Source: a virus
Lineage: Duplodnaviria > Heunggongvirae > Uroviricota > Caudoviricetes
IMG/VR virus record: IMGVR_UViG_3300028563_000009
DNA: 44,369 nucleotides
Reading direction: 5' to 3' (one strand)
Below, in pieces: positions 28,774 to 38,008 of the stretch. Numbering within the stretch: position 1 is the stretch's first letter; every line of letters starts with the position of its first letter. The notes under the pieces are model-generated. The model made no database searches and was not told where the DNA came from. It saw only the letters and a program-made list of their open reading frames with translations. Both the position numbers and the translations under genes were made by a program.

Positions 28774-28952
28774 GGCTAGTAGGAATGTATTGTTGGGAGG
28801 GTCTAAGGAGTCCTTGGCCCGTGGAGAAATTTCTTTATTAAGAACGACGATCTGTCTATTCTCTTTTCGGAAACTTCCCACGAGGAAACCAAACTTATTG
28901 CCTTCTCCCGGCCAAGGGTTCGGGCATTCAGGCTCCGTTCAAACTACTAGCC
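28774..28952 (-). ncRNA. Candidate structured ncRNA (long hairpin with central bubble)
   Basis: Nested inverted repeats GGCTAGTAG/CTACTAGCC (9 bp), CCTTGGCC/GGCCAAGG (8 bp) and GGAGAA/TTCTCC (6 bp) in a 226-nt intergenic gap. Confidence 0.55.
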
Positions 28953-28982
28953 TTTTAGTGAAGCAAGGGCGAGGCCCTAAAC

Positions 28983-29972
28983 TTACGAGCTTGAAGTGTT
29001 GCTGAGGATTTTGCGAAGACGCATCACAGTTCCCGGAGGAGGAGTGATAGTGAACTTCACGTTGTAGGAAATCCATCCACCGATCAGTCTTGCCGGATCG
29101 GAAACAGAACCACCTTCAGGGGCCATCTGGATGTTCAGTGAGTAGTTCTTTCTGTTCTTATCCGTTGGGTTGGGACCAAGGAAGATACTCAGTAGAGCAT
29201 CGTCGCCGAAGATGTACGTTGGGTAGTACAGGTTTCCGCCGATGGTTGTAGGGGTTGCAGTTGTGGTTTCCTTGAACTTAATTCCAGCAAATTCAAAGGG
29301 GGCATCGCGGTCAACGGCACCAAACAGCTTCTTCGCTGTCTCAGGGCTGCGCTTCATAATGTCAGTTAAGCCATTGAAGCTTGCGTCGTTGTACACGTCA
29401 TGCGTAACAAGGGGGTTGATAATACCGGCCCAGCTATCGCCTTCGAAGTACCGAACGTTCACGCTCGAAAGCTGTTGAGCGATGGTACGAAGGTTGGACG
29501 CAGTTAGGTAAGTACCTGCCGCTAGAGTCTGAAGCACAGTTGAGTCAATACCTGTGGTAGAATCCGCAGCGGTGATAACTAGCTGGTTAAGGGTCAGAGC
29601 TAACCGGTAGTTCATTTCCTCAGCCAAGCTAGACAGAAGACCCTTGTCATCAAGGGCAGTCTCCATCAGCAAGTCAGAACTGTTGGTGTAGTCAGCGTAC
29701 TGACCAATCACAGCCTGAATCTTGACTGCGCTCTCGGGCACAGGCGAACCAACAAAACCTTCTGTCGATTGCTGCACGTTTGAGCCTAGCAAGTTGTAGG
29801 AGAAGAACTGAATAGTGTTACCGCTGTGCATAGGTAGCGGCCACTGCTTCGTGCAACCGAGGAAAGGAGTCGATTGCTTCAAGTTGGGGATAGCTTTACG
29901 CTCGTAGTAAATTGCTAGAGCGTTAGGAAAGTTGCCGGATGCAACCGTGTTTACTGCTGGTGAATAGGCCAT
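28983..29972 (-). CDS. Major capsid protein (N4-gp56 family-like, HK97 fold)
   Basis: 329 aa; PLPMHSGNTIQF, IGQYADY...SDL, I..P...D, Y.TYIFG and GWIS motifs; follows the scaffold gene. Confidence 0.85.
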   Translation of the reverse strand: MAYSPAVNTVASGNFPNALAIYYERKAIPNLKQSTPFLGCTKQWPLPMHSGNTIQFFSYNLLGSNVQQSTEGFVGSPVPESAVKIQAVIGQYADYTNSSDLLMETALDDKGLLSSLAEEMNYRLALTLNQLVITAADSTTGIDSTVLQTLAAGTYLTASNLRTIAQQLSSVNVRYFEGDSWAGIINPLVTHDVYNDASFNGLTDIMKRSPETAKKLFGAVDRDAPFEFAGIKFKETTTATPTTIGGNLYYPTYIFGDDALLSIFLGPNPTDKNRKNYSLNIQMAPEGGSVSDPARLIGGWISYNVKFTITPPPGTVMRLRKILSNTSSS

Positions 29973-29990
29973 TATGGTGCCTTTAAAAAG

Positions 29991-31163
29991 TTATTGCCGA
30001 CCCTGTTGCTGCGCTCTGAGTTGAGCCATAGCAATTGCCTTTAAATCGCTTAAAGGAATACTTTGCAGGTCTACGTCTGTCAGCGGCTTTTCTTCGGGTG
30101 CTGCCACAGGTGATCCACCTTTAGCAGATAGTCCTATTAAGCCCACTGGCTGTCCGGGTGTCGCAACAATGGGTTGCGTGGCAGGCACGGATGGGCCTTT
30201 TACGGCCACTGGTTCAGGTTGCGGTTCTGGAACGGTGCGACGAGACTCTGAGCGTTCGAACAATTCGTTCTCGATCAGTTCTTCTTTCGCCGTTTCAAGG
30301 TTTTCTACAGTCCACTTACCACGTTTATAAATCTCGTAGATAGCATCATCTACAATCGGCTGGGCAGTGGATTTTGTAATCTTCTTATTAAGATAACTCT
30401 TAGCCATCCTGCCAACTAGCAAACGCATATTGATTTGATTAACTTCCGAATCGGAAGTCGTCACGTATTCTAGGTAGTCAGGATTGGTGGAACAAAAATC
30501 ATTGTTTACTTCATCAATGTTACCCTTAACAGTCTGGGCATCTAGTATCTTCTTAGCTTCGGGAGCAGACTTTAAAGCTTCGGCAAATTCGTCTGGATCG
30601 AGTCCAAATCTTTTCTTCACCCAAGTGTCGATAGCGTCTGCGGGATTTTCCGCTAATTGGTTTTTGATTTCGTAAACGTCATCCGCCGAAAGTGCTGCCA
30701 CTTTGGCGATATTGCGGGAGGGAGACGGAGTAATAGTTGCCTCTTCCCCGCCGCCTAAAAACTTTTCTTTCTTTAATCTATGGATGGTTCTATTAGACTC
30801 GACCTTTGCATCAGCTACAGCATAAATCAATTCGTCTTTATTCGGCCCGTAGAAATTCTCAGGGGCAATCTTGGGGTCGCCAGTACTCAGTGTTAACCGC
30901 CAACCACGGCTGGTCTTTTCTAGAGTCATCGTCCCGCCATTCTTGACGGGTCTAGTCTCTGGTCCTTTGTCTTCCTCTACCGCCACAACGGGGGTAGGAA
31001 CAGGAACTGGGTCTGGTGTTGGGTCCGGAACCGGAACTTGAAAATCCGCAGGCTTAGCTAGCTCTGTTGGAATCTCTTGGAAGAATTCGTTGCTATCGTT
31101 ACCAGTGGCTAAAGAAACGCCTGAAGCCCACTCGTTGAAAATCTCATTATCTTGATTCGGCAT
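29991..31163 (-). CDS. Capsid scaffolding/assembly protein
   Basis: 390 aa, acidic, Pro-rich termini, located between portal and capsid genes. Confidence 0.6.
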   Translation of the reverse strand: MPNQDNEIFNEWASGVSLATGNDSNEFFQEIPTELAKPADFQVPVPDPTPDPVPVPTPVVAVEEDKGPETRPVKNGGTMTLEKTSRGWRLTLSTGDPKIAPENFYGPNKDELIYAVADAKVESNRTIHRLKKEKFLGGGEEATITPSPSRNIAKVAALSADDVYEIKNQLAENPADAIDTWVKKRFGLDPDEFAEALKSAPEAKKILDAQTVKGNIDEVNNDFCSTNPDYLEYVTTSDSEVNQINMRLLVGRMAKSYLNKKITKSTAQPIVDDAIYEIYKRGKWTVENLETAKEELIENELFERSESRRTVPEPQPEPVAVKGPSVPATQPIVATPGQPVGLIGLSAKGGSPVAAPEEKPLTDVDLQSIPLSDLKAIAMAQLRAQQQGRQ

Positions 31164-31185
31164 TTGTCCTCTACCGCTCTAAATA

Positions 31186-31542
31186 CTAGAGCCAGTCTTC
31201 GTCTTTTGTTTCGGTCTTCGAGGCGTGTAGCTCGGCTAAAGTGATAGTAGCCTGTTCGCCTTCTTTGATGGCCGAAATTACCGCGCGGCGTACGTTAAGA
31301 TAAGCATTCTTAACTGAGTACCACACAGCGTGGGCAGCTAAGATAGCTTTGTCGTTGCCCGGTTGTTGTGCCCCTAGTTGCTCTAAAGCGTCCGACTCAA
31401 TGCTCTCGAAGGAGTTTTCTATGATCTCCCAGCCTTCCGTGTTAATGGTTAGCTGGAGAGCATTGGCGGCGTTTATTGCGTCTATAAGGTGTTTCTCTAA
31501 TTGTTCTGGATCAGTTAAATCCACGAGTTCTTCGGGAGCCAT
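31186..31542 (-). CDS. Hypothetical helical protein (portal-adjacent)
   Basis: 118 aa, EGWEII motif, TAATG-coupled to portal; ends in TAG. Confidence 0.6.
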   Translation of the reverse strand: MAPEELVDLTDPEQLEKHLIDAINAANALQLTINTEGWEIIENSFESIESDALEQLGAQQPGNDKAILAAHAVWYSVKNAYLNVRRAVISAIKEGEQATITLAELHASKTETKDEDWL

Positions 31543-33632
31543 TAACCTACGTCCTCAGCGCCAAACCCTTGTCCCGGAGGACCCGGAAGGCCGGTAAGAG
31601 CTTCTGGAGTCGCTGTAGTTTCGAAGCTTCTGCGGAGAACTTCGTTAGCGGCTCTAGCCATATTGTTTTGTTCAGCCAACTCTTGTTGGTGTCTGAACTT
31701 AGCTTCTTGCTGAGCGTTATCATTCTGCATCTTGGATTGAGCCAAGGCCGCAGGCTGATTTTGCTGAGCTTGTTGCTTCTCTTGGGGAGACATATCTATG
31801 ATGACGCTATAGAATGTACGCCATCCAGAAGCCTCGAACATCATCTTAAGAACCTGAATGGTGTCAACCTTTTTACCTTCCGCAGCTAAGCTTTGGACGA
31901 TAAACTGGTTCTGTAAGAATTGAGTCATCAGGGGGAGTGACTGAGCCATCGCTCTGCGCTCACTCAGCTTACTTCCGGCCTGAACATCGAATACTAATCG
32001 TGCGTGACGAATCTCATCAATGTCCCCGCCCGTTGAGAAGTAAGTATTCTGTAACTCTTCGTTTAGAATCTTTTGAACAATTCCAGCAGGAAGGAGTCTG
32101 CGATTCATTTCATCCGCTCTGTATAGGAACGGAATGAATACTTGGTTGGCAAACTTTTCTAGGAACTCAGAAATCTGAACTCCCTGCCCTCCCGTGATAG
32201 CGTTAGCTCCCGCTGCTGTTCTGGCAAGGTTGCTATGTCCAGTACTACCAGCAATACCTTGTGATGTAATTTCTCCAGCACCTGAGTTTTGTTCGACTCT
32301 AGCTTGAGACAAAGCTAGATGTTGACCAGCTTCCGGAACGGGGGGAGTTCTCTCTAACGGTTTAAAATCATCGGCTTCATCTACTTCGAACACTCTTCCC
32401 GGATGGATACGAATGCTCTGGGTCGGTATGCTCTTACCACGCTTACGGGTATAGACTCCCGCAAGTGCGATGGCGGTTGAATCAAGCCAAGTGTTAAGAA
32501 TTCCTTGTTGAAGTCTTTGCTCTGAACCAATTGTTCGAGCAAGTCCAAGACCGTAGAAGGCACCCGGCACGTCCCACCAGTTGACGGAAAAGAAAGGGAT
32601 TTCTCCGTATGGATTGGGGCCGTTGCAGATAACTTTCTTACGCTGAACGACGATGATAACTTTTTCTTTATCCCAGCGTTCTAGAATCTCTAGAGGTTTC
32701 TGGAAAGGGTCGTCGGTAGCTTGGGTCCATCTGGGGTTAGCCCTCATGTCCCAAACAGCATTGACGCCGGTCTGTTCGTCCAGAGCCGGAATAGCCTCCT
32801 CTGCGGGGGCCATAAACCAACTCATGACTTCTTCTCGGCTAGGGATATTGTATCCGGGGCGGTCCCTCAGCTTCTCGAGGTCATTGAACGTCATGTACAT
32901 TCTGTGTATGACGAACTTTGCTTCGCGGATATCTGGGGTGCGAAGGGTCGAGTCAATAAGAATGTCTTTGATGCTGGTGATGTTCTCGAATCGTGGCTGC
33001 TCCACGTTGATCGTTTCTGTTCTCTCTTCGAGAGGGGAATCGGGATCGTGGAAAACAGTATCAGGAGTTCCGGGAACTTGAGAAGGAATTACAGTCTTTT
33101 TATCTTCTCTCGCGTAGTAAGTCTTCTCGAAAGAGAAGCTATCCCATCCCCATTTCCAGATGTTAGTACCGTACAGGCAAGCGTTGATTATGCCTCTACG
33201 AACCTCTTCCTTGAAGTTGATCTCCTTTAGCTGATACGAAATGATATTGGAGATAGCTTCTACGGTAGCATATTTCGTACCGGGGCGAGGCTGGAAGATG
33301 AAGGGCGGATCGTCATAAAACAATCCATTTAGAATCTGCGGCGTAAGGGAGTTAACTGCTTTGGCAACAACGTATAGAGGAATATTAGCTCTCTCTAACT
33401 GCGTGCCTTCCCAATACTTAGGAACTGTGGTAGACTGGTATACAATAGAAGCAGCATTCCATCCTGCTATCCATTGCTTAGCTGCCTTAGCTGTTTCAGC
33501 CGTGGCAGTATCTCGCACCACGAGCGTGAGGGCTGGGTCTTCTGCCCACTTCCCCGTCCGGAGAACCTGTGCTATAATCTCCTCAGTTAAGATAGGAGTA
33601 TTGTCGTTCCCCGGATTTTCTATTTGTGCCAT
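31542..33632 (-). CDS. Portal protein (P22-like)
   Basis: 696 aa; YGTNIWKWGW, PYGEIPF...W..VPGAFYGLG, TA.GAN motif, Gln-rich C-terminal barrel. Confidence 0.85.
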   Translation of the reverse strand: MAQIENPGNDNTPILTEEIIAQVLRTGKWAEDPALTLVVRDTATAETAKAAKQWIAGWNAASIVYQSTTVPKYWEGTQLERANIPLYVVAKAVNSLTPQILNGLFYDDPPFIFQPRPGTKYATVEAISNIISYQLKEINFKEEVRRGIINACLYGTNIWKWGWDSFSFEKTYYAREDKKTVIPSQVPGTPDTVFHDPDSPLEERTETINVEQPRFENITSIKDILIDSTLRTPDIREAKFVIHRMYMTFNDLEKLRDRPGYNIPSREEVMSWFMAPAEEAIPALDEQTGVNAVWDMRANPRWTQATDDPFQKPLEILERWDKEKVIIVVQRKKVICNGPNPYGEIPFFSVNWWDVPGAFYGLGLARTIGSEQRLQQGILNTWLDSTAIALAGVYTRKRGKSIPTQSIRIHPGRVFEVDEADDFKPLERTPPVPEAGQHLALSQARVEQNSGAGEITSQGIAGSTGHSNLARTAAGANAITGGQGVQISEFLEKFANQVFIPFLYRADEMNRRLLPAGIVQKILNEELQNTYFSTGGDIDEIRHARLVFDVQAGSKLSERRAMAQSLPLMTQFLQNQFIVQSLAAEGKKVDTIQVLKMMFEASGWRTFYSVIIDMSPQEKQQAQQNQPAALAQSKMQNDNAQQEAKFRHQQELAEQNNMARAANEVLRRSFETTATPEALTGLPGPPGQGFGAEDVG

Positions 33633-33640
33633 ATTTTATT

Positions 33641-33718
33641 TGGTTGCTAGGATGGGATTTGAACCCATGTCTCAAACTTATGATGATTGCGAGTTAAACC
33701 GGACTTCTCTACCCAGCT
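33641..33718 (-). tRNA. tRNA with CAT anticodon (Met, fMet or Ile2 unresolved)
   Basis: Cloverleaf, T-loop TTCAAAT, encoded CCA; A1:A72 mismatch but no GGG/CCC anticodon stem. Confidence 0.75.
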
Positions 33719-34155
33719 ATACACTTTTTGAGGTACTCTACCGCAGATAAGAACAGAGCCGGGTTTTCCCTGAGTAAGCCGAGGCTTGTGTTACAATTGC
33801 TGCATAACAAACCACGTACTTTACCTGTATCGTGATCGTGGTCTACGTGTAAATTCTTAGAACTTTTTGTGCGACAGATTGCACAGAGATTATCCTGTTG
33901 TTGAAGAAGATCGTCGTACTCTTTTTCGGATATACCATAGTTTCTTCTAAGGTCCATACGACGATATTTAGTTCTTCTATTCTTCTTCTGTTTTTCTAGG
34001 ATACTTTTTCTGTTTTCGTAATAGTGCTTTCTTTGTCTTTCGTTCTTGCAAAGGCTACACCACGGATGAAAACCATCCTTGGACTTTTTGTGAAAAGAGA
34101 AGTTTCCATGATGGGCTTCTTTCTCTTTTGAGCATAGCCTACAAATCTTTAACAT
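33709..34155 (-). CDS. Endonuclease VII-family (His-Me) free-standing homing endonuclease
   Basis: CAIC...LHVDHDHDTGKVRGLLCSNCNTSLG; probable start MLKICRLC just after tRNA-Ser; N-terminal Zn ribbon. Confidence 0.85.
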   Translation of the reverse strand: MLKICRLCSKEKEAHHGNFSFHKKSKDGFHPWCSLCKNERQRKHYYENRKSILEKQKKNRRTKYRRMDLRRNYGISEKEYDDLLQQQDNLCAICRTKSSKNLHVDHDHDTGKVRGLLCSNCNTSLGLLRENPALFLSAVEYLKKCIAG

Positions 34156-34157
34156 AA

Positions 34158-34247
34158 TGGCGGAAGATGGAAGGTTCGAACTCCGATCCGGTGAAGGTAT
34201 CCTCTGGTTTTCAAGACCAGTTGCCAGCCACTCCAGCAGCATCTTCC
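34158..34247 (-). tRNA. tRNA-Ser(TGA)
   Basis: CTGGT-CTTGAAA-ACCAG anticodon arm, long variable arm, G73, CCA. Confidence 0.9.
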
Positions 34248-34257
34248 GTTTTAAAAT

Positions 34258-34344
34258 TGGCGGAAGATAAGGGATTCGAACCCCTGACACCTTTCGGTGT
34301 TACTGCTTAGCAAACAGTTGCCTTGACCACTCGGCCAATCTTCC
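34258..34344 (-). tRNA. tRNA-Ser(GCT)
   Basis: ACTGT-TTGCTAA-GCAGT, long variable arm with GAAA loop, G73, CCA. Confidence 0.92.
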
Positions 34345-34386
34345 GGTGTTGGTACTTGACGAACTGTGACTAGATCGATTCATAAT

Positions 34387-34475
34387 TGGTGGGGCCGGAT
34401 GGATTCGAACCACCGGACTTCTAAGAAGGACTGTTTTACGGACAGTTAGTTTTAACCAGACTCACTCACGACCCC
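34387..34475 (-). tRNA. tRNA-Tyr(GTA)
   Basis: ACTGT-CCGTAAA-ACAGT, long variable arm, A73, CCA. Confidence 0.88.
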
Positions 34476-34476
34476 G

Positions 34477-34551
34477 TGGTGCGTCCGGTTGGGATTGAAC
34501 CAACGACACTTGGTTTTTCAGGCCAATGCTCTACCGCTGAGCTACGGACAC
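34477..34551 (-). tRNA. tRNA-Phe(GAA)
   Basis: TTGGC-CTGAAAA-ACCAA, canonical D and T arms, CCA. Confidence 0.92.
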
Positions 34552-34605
34552 ACGATTACCCTCGTAGGGATATCGAAATCGGAATGTAAATCGTTGGTTC
34601 ATAAA

Positions 34606-34680
34606 TGGACTACCGAGTGGGATTCGAACCCACGGATAATAGTTTTGCAGACTATCGTGTTGCCGCTTCACCACCGGCAG
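34606..34680 (-). tRNA. tRNA-Cys(GCA)
   Basis: ATAGT-CTGCAAA-ACTAT, U73, CCA. Confidence 0.9.
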
Positions 34681-34681
34681 A

Positions 34682-34755
34682 TGGAGCGGGGTAGGAGATT
34701 CGAACTCCTGTAATCAGCTTGGAAGGCTGTAGTTCTACCCCTAAACTAACCCCGC
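34682..34755 (-). tRNA. tRNA-Gly(TCC)
   Basis: CAGC-CTTCCAA-GCTG, GCG start, U73, CCA. Confidence 0.92.
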
Positions 34756-34756
34756 A

Positions 34757-34832
34757 TGGAGCTAGCGAAAGGACTTGAACCCTCAACCGGTGGTTTACAA
34801 AACCACTGCTCTACCAATTGAGCTACGCTAGC
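34757..34832 (-). tRNA. tRNA-Thr(TGT)
   Basis: GTGGT-TTTGTAA-ACCAC, canonical arms, CCA. Confidence 0.92.
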
Positions 34833-34894
34833 TTTCCGAAGGCAACCGTCTAGATACTTCAAAGATCGGTACTAGGCGTGAGCCACCTTCTTTA

Positions 34895-35221
34895 TTAACT
34901 TCTTCCGCCCTTCCAACAACTGTTTTGGCCAGATGTTAGATCGACGCTATTGCCGTTCCCCTGCTTAGAACCGGCATCGGCGCTAGACTGAGAAGCCTTG
35001 TCGTCGGTGGAACCGCCCCAAACACTAGGACCAGCAATACCTTTACCTTGGCCAGAGTTATTGAAAATCTGATCCTCGGAAAGTTTTAGAATACTGTTCG
35101 TGGCTCCGCGCGTCTGCGCGTTGTCCGAACTAGGAGCGGAGTAATCGCGGGGATGTAGAAGGTCTTCGGGTGCCTTGAGAAGGCTTCCGGAGTTTGCGCC
35201 ACTGTTGTTATTGTCAGCCAT
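34895..35221 (-). CDS. Hypothetical low-complexity (disordered) protein
   Basis: Probable start MADNNNSG after GAGG; 108 aa, rich in Ser/Gly/Asn. Confidence 0.55.
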   Translation of the reverse strand: MADNNNSGANSGSLLKAPEDLLHPRDYSAPSSDNAQTRGATNSILKLSEDQIFNNSGQGKGIAGPSVWGGSTDDKASQSSADAGSKQGNGNSVDLTSGQNSCWKGGRS

Positions 35222-35912
35222 TAGTAACCTCTTGTTCCTTTTCTTGTCGTTCTCTTTCCCTTTTGTAAGGTAGAGCATCTTCAGACAAGGTGTAGAATTT
35301 ATCTTTCTTTTCGTCGTAGTGGGGACAAATGATCGCCCCGTGTGCTTTAATTTTGAAACCAGCTTTCCGAACAGACTGACAAAAGTACACGTCTTCGCTG
35401 ACTGTAGTTAGATTAGGGGTTCCGTCTATATCTCTATATTCTTGGAGTTCCCTAAAATAAGGTTTTTCTAGATGCTGAAAAACATCTGTGTCTATCATTA
35501 AACAACCCGCGCCACAGGCATCAACATCAAAGATATCGTTAACACGCCAATCCCAGTAAGGCCCCTGTATCCCATCCTTGAATAAAACAGGAGCATTGTA
35601 TTCCTGTTTAGTGGTGTAGATGCCAGTCGCTACCATTGTGTCTGGGTTGTTGTTCAGTACCCATCCCAGAGCCATCAGAGTCTGTTTGGGTACGATCACG
35701 TCGTCATCTAGAAAGAATAGATACTTGGCCTTAGTTTCAATAACCGTGTCTACAATTCTATTTCTAGCATTTACGATTGTGTCTTTCTTAACCATCACGA
35801 TACTTTGCTGAGTGTTAAGAGGAACATCTAAAAGCTTTAACGATAATGCCCATTCCGGGCAGAGAAGCCTACCGCCAAACGGTAGACCCATTGCAATTCC
35901 TACTTGTGCCAT
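35214..35912 (-). CDS. Glycosyltransferase family 2-like (GT-A fold)
   Basis: ARNRIV, YLFFLDDD (DxD), CGAGCLMI, SEDVYFC and CPH motifs. Confidence 0.8.
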   Translation of the reverse strand: MAQVGIAMGLPFGGRLLCPEWALSLKLLDVPLNTQQSIVMVKKDTIVNARNRIVDTVIETKAKYLFFLDDDVIVPKQTLMALGWVLNNNPDTMVATGIYTTKQEYNAPVLFKDGIQGPYWDWRVNDIFDVDACGAGCLMIDTDVFQHLEKPYFRELQEYRDIDGTPNLTTVSEDVYFCQSVRKAGFKIKAHGAIICPHYDEKKDKFYTLSEDALPYKRERERQEKEQEVTNG

Positions 35913-35936
35913 AATCAACCTTCGTCTGATTACTAC

Positions 35937-37907
35937 TTATCCTATTATACCAGTTCCCAGAATATTGTCAAGCCCATCGGACTCAACATACGGCTGGTAG
36001 TTCGTAAATGATTCTTCGACTAGAACTTCGGAGGGGTACTCGTCCTCCATATATACCGGTCTGTATGGGGAATCCCATCCCTCGGTAAATACCATTTCCC
36101 ATGAGGCTCTATCTACATAATTTCTTCGGCGTGCCGTCAGTTCGTCTTCTATTCTTTTCTTCTCTATCTCTGTAGGAGGCAGTAAAGGAAGGAAGTCGGT
36201 CTGATAGCTTAAGCAGTCGGGAATATCATTTTTGGAGTTCTTCGTAATCGGCCTGATGATCTGGTCGATGAATCTTTCCAACTCTTTCAATCCTAGCTCA
36301 AACTTTATTCTACCATAAAGCACTAAAGGATACAAGGAGCTAATACGGTTTTTCTTAGCGTCTTTGCTGGTATCGACCTTCCGCCAGTAAATGTGGCGTA
36401 CTAGGTTCTTGACATAAGTGTCGTCTGTCTTATCCGCCTCGGCCCATATCGTAGGCTCGATCATTCGAATTCCTACCGCATCTTCGATGCTGAGGATATC
36501 CGGATGGTACTTACACGCGAACTGCACAATACCTTGGGCAATAGCCACAGGGGTAGGGTAGTTAGTGCAAACAATGTCAATAACATATCCAACTCCTTTG
36601 GGGTCCCACAAACAAGCTGTACCTACGCAGAAGTCGTTATCTTTCTTTCCTTTACCGCCGTTCAAGTCCCATGTCTGGGTCACTCTTCCGTACGGTGGAA
36701 TGTCCATCCAGTTCACAGTGTTCTTGAGAATCAACTCTCGGGTGAACATCTGCTGGGTGGGAGGGATAACGTTCTGACGCATCTGGGTTTCAAATGCTTC
36801 AGGTTCTTCTTCATAAGCCACCAGTAAAGTGTCGTACGTCAGAACCTTAGGCATCAGGAGGATTACTCCTTCTGGGCCTGCTTTTCTGAACCAAGACTGC
36901 CGGGGCAGGTTGTACTTTACCAGTTCCATCTCGGCTTCGGTCTTGATGGTCATGGCCGCGCCGATTAAAATTTCTATGCCTTTACCGGGGTTGGCGATTT
37001 TCTTCTCGCCGATATTGAATTCAACACTTGTGAATTCCCCTAGCTCGGACTTTGCGATGATATCCCCGTAAAGGTCTAAGTCGTGATACCTCGTACCGAG
37101 TAGGTTGGTATACCCGAAAGTTCTTAAAACCTTACGAGTGATACCATATCTTTTACGAACTTCTACGCACTGAGTCTCAGAAGAGTTTCTAGTTTCCACC
37201 ACGTCATCGCCGTGGAAAACATCAAAGTGGAATCCGCTAACAGAAGAGGTAACGCCTCTTGACATGATAGTGGCTTCTCTTCTCTTAATCTGAAGCTTAG
37301 AGAATGCCGGGGTAGTGTACTCGCCGGTAGCCGGTAGTTCCTTTTCTAGAAGGCAGTGCTCCGGCCAAAACAGATTCATCAGCGATAACTGGGCTTCTTT
37401 GATAACGAAGAAGCCTCGAAGTTCGTCCACGATAGCTGAGGCTAAATCGTCGGCGGCACTGAGAACTAAAATTCTTATCTTGTATGTACGGTCCAGTAAC
37501 ACCCACTGGATCACGTCAAAGATTCCCCAAGAACTCTTGAGACTTCCACGAGGGTAGAGGATGAGTCTTGTCTTTATCCTCGACTGCTGGGCTATGCTCT
37601 TGGTAGGGTCTTTCTTCACGAACATATCAATGATATGCTGGTGGCTCTCTAAGGTCATTAGATTCTCAGAGATAGGGGTATCCGGACCACCGAAGGGGTT
37701 AGAATCCCATAAGAACAGGTTAAGAAAATACAGACTTCTAACCGTTCTGTCTCTAACAACATCCCAAACAGGATGGGCTTGGAGGGCGTTATTCCCCTCG
37801 GACCTTTCCTCTTTAAGCATCTGCCAGAGTTCCCTGTTATCGTTTAGAAACTTATACAGATCGTCGTCGGAGACTTCATCCCAGTTTTCGATCTCATTGA
37901 TATCCAT
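35937..37907 (-). CDS. terL: Terminase large subunit
   Basis: Walker A-like PRGSLKS, SVSGFHFDVFHGDD (Walker B), GTRYH.LDLY, nuclease TWD...D and NDIPDCL motifs. Confidence 0.9.
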   Translation of the reverse strand: MDINEIENWDEVSDDDLYKFLNDNRELWQMLKEERSEGNNALQAHPVWDVVRDRTVRSLYFLNLFLWDSNPFGGPDTPISENLMTLESHQHIIDMFVKKDPTKSIAQQSRIKTRLILYPRGSLKSSWGIFDVIQWVLLDRTYKIRILVLSAADDLASAIVDELRGFFVIKEAQLSLMNLFWPEHCLLEKELPATGEYTTPAFSKLQIKRREATIMSRGVTSSVSGFHFDVFHGDDVVETRNSSETQCVEVRKRYGITRKVLRTFGYTNLLGTRYHDLDLYGDIIAKSELGEFTSVEFNIGEKKIANPGKGIEILIGAAMTIKTEAEMELVKYNLPRQSWFRKAGPEGVILLMPKVLTYDTLLVAYEEEPEAFETQMRQNVIPPTQQMFTRELILKNTVNWMDIPPYGRVTQTWDLNGGKGKKDNDFCVGTACLWDPKGVGYVIDIVCTNYPTPVAIAQGIVQFACKYHPDILSIEDAVGIRMIEPTIWAEADKTDDTYVKNLVRHIYWRKVDTSKDAKKNRISSLYPLVLYGRIKFELGLKELERFIDQIIRPITKNSKNDIPDCLSYQTDFLPLLPPTEIEKKRIEDELTARRRNYVDRASWEMVFTEGWDSPYRPVYMEDEYPSEVLVEESFTNYQPYVESDGLDNILGTGIIG

Positions 37908-38008
37908 TACTTAGATAGTTTCTTAAGCCCCGCAACCACCTTTTCAGGGGTGCCTTTGATCTTAACTTTCATCTGCGCTTTCGCAGGCTTACTTGGTTTT
38001 GCTGCCAC
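37907..38008 (-). CDS. Small basic protein (33 aa, not in ORF track)
   Basis: GTG start after AAGGTG; MAAKPSKPAKAQMKVKIKGTPEKVVAGLKKLSK; TAA overlaps the terL ATG. Confidence 0.5.
   Translation of the reverse strand: MAAKPSKPAKAQMKVKIKGTPEKVVAGLKKLSK

Noticed and set aside
28928-28937. 10-mer TCAGGCTCCG shared in opposite orientation with the 42.27-kb element
   Set aside because: Many 10-mer matches are expected by chance in 44 kb; the flanks do not align
34156-34290. N-terminal extension of the 193-aa ORF, plus ORFs 34489-34713, 40915-41217, 41848-42087 and 42593-42982
   Set aside because: They run through tRNA genes or structured RNA and are better explained as incidental open frames
34158-34344. 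attP or direct repeat from identical tRNA-Ser 3' ends (ATCTTCCGCCA)
   Set aside because: Explained by shared acceptor stems; no integrase in the window
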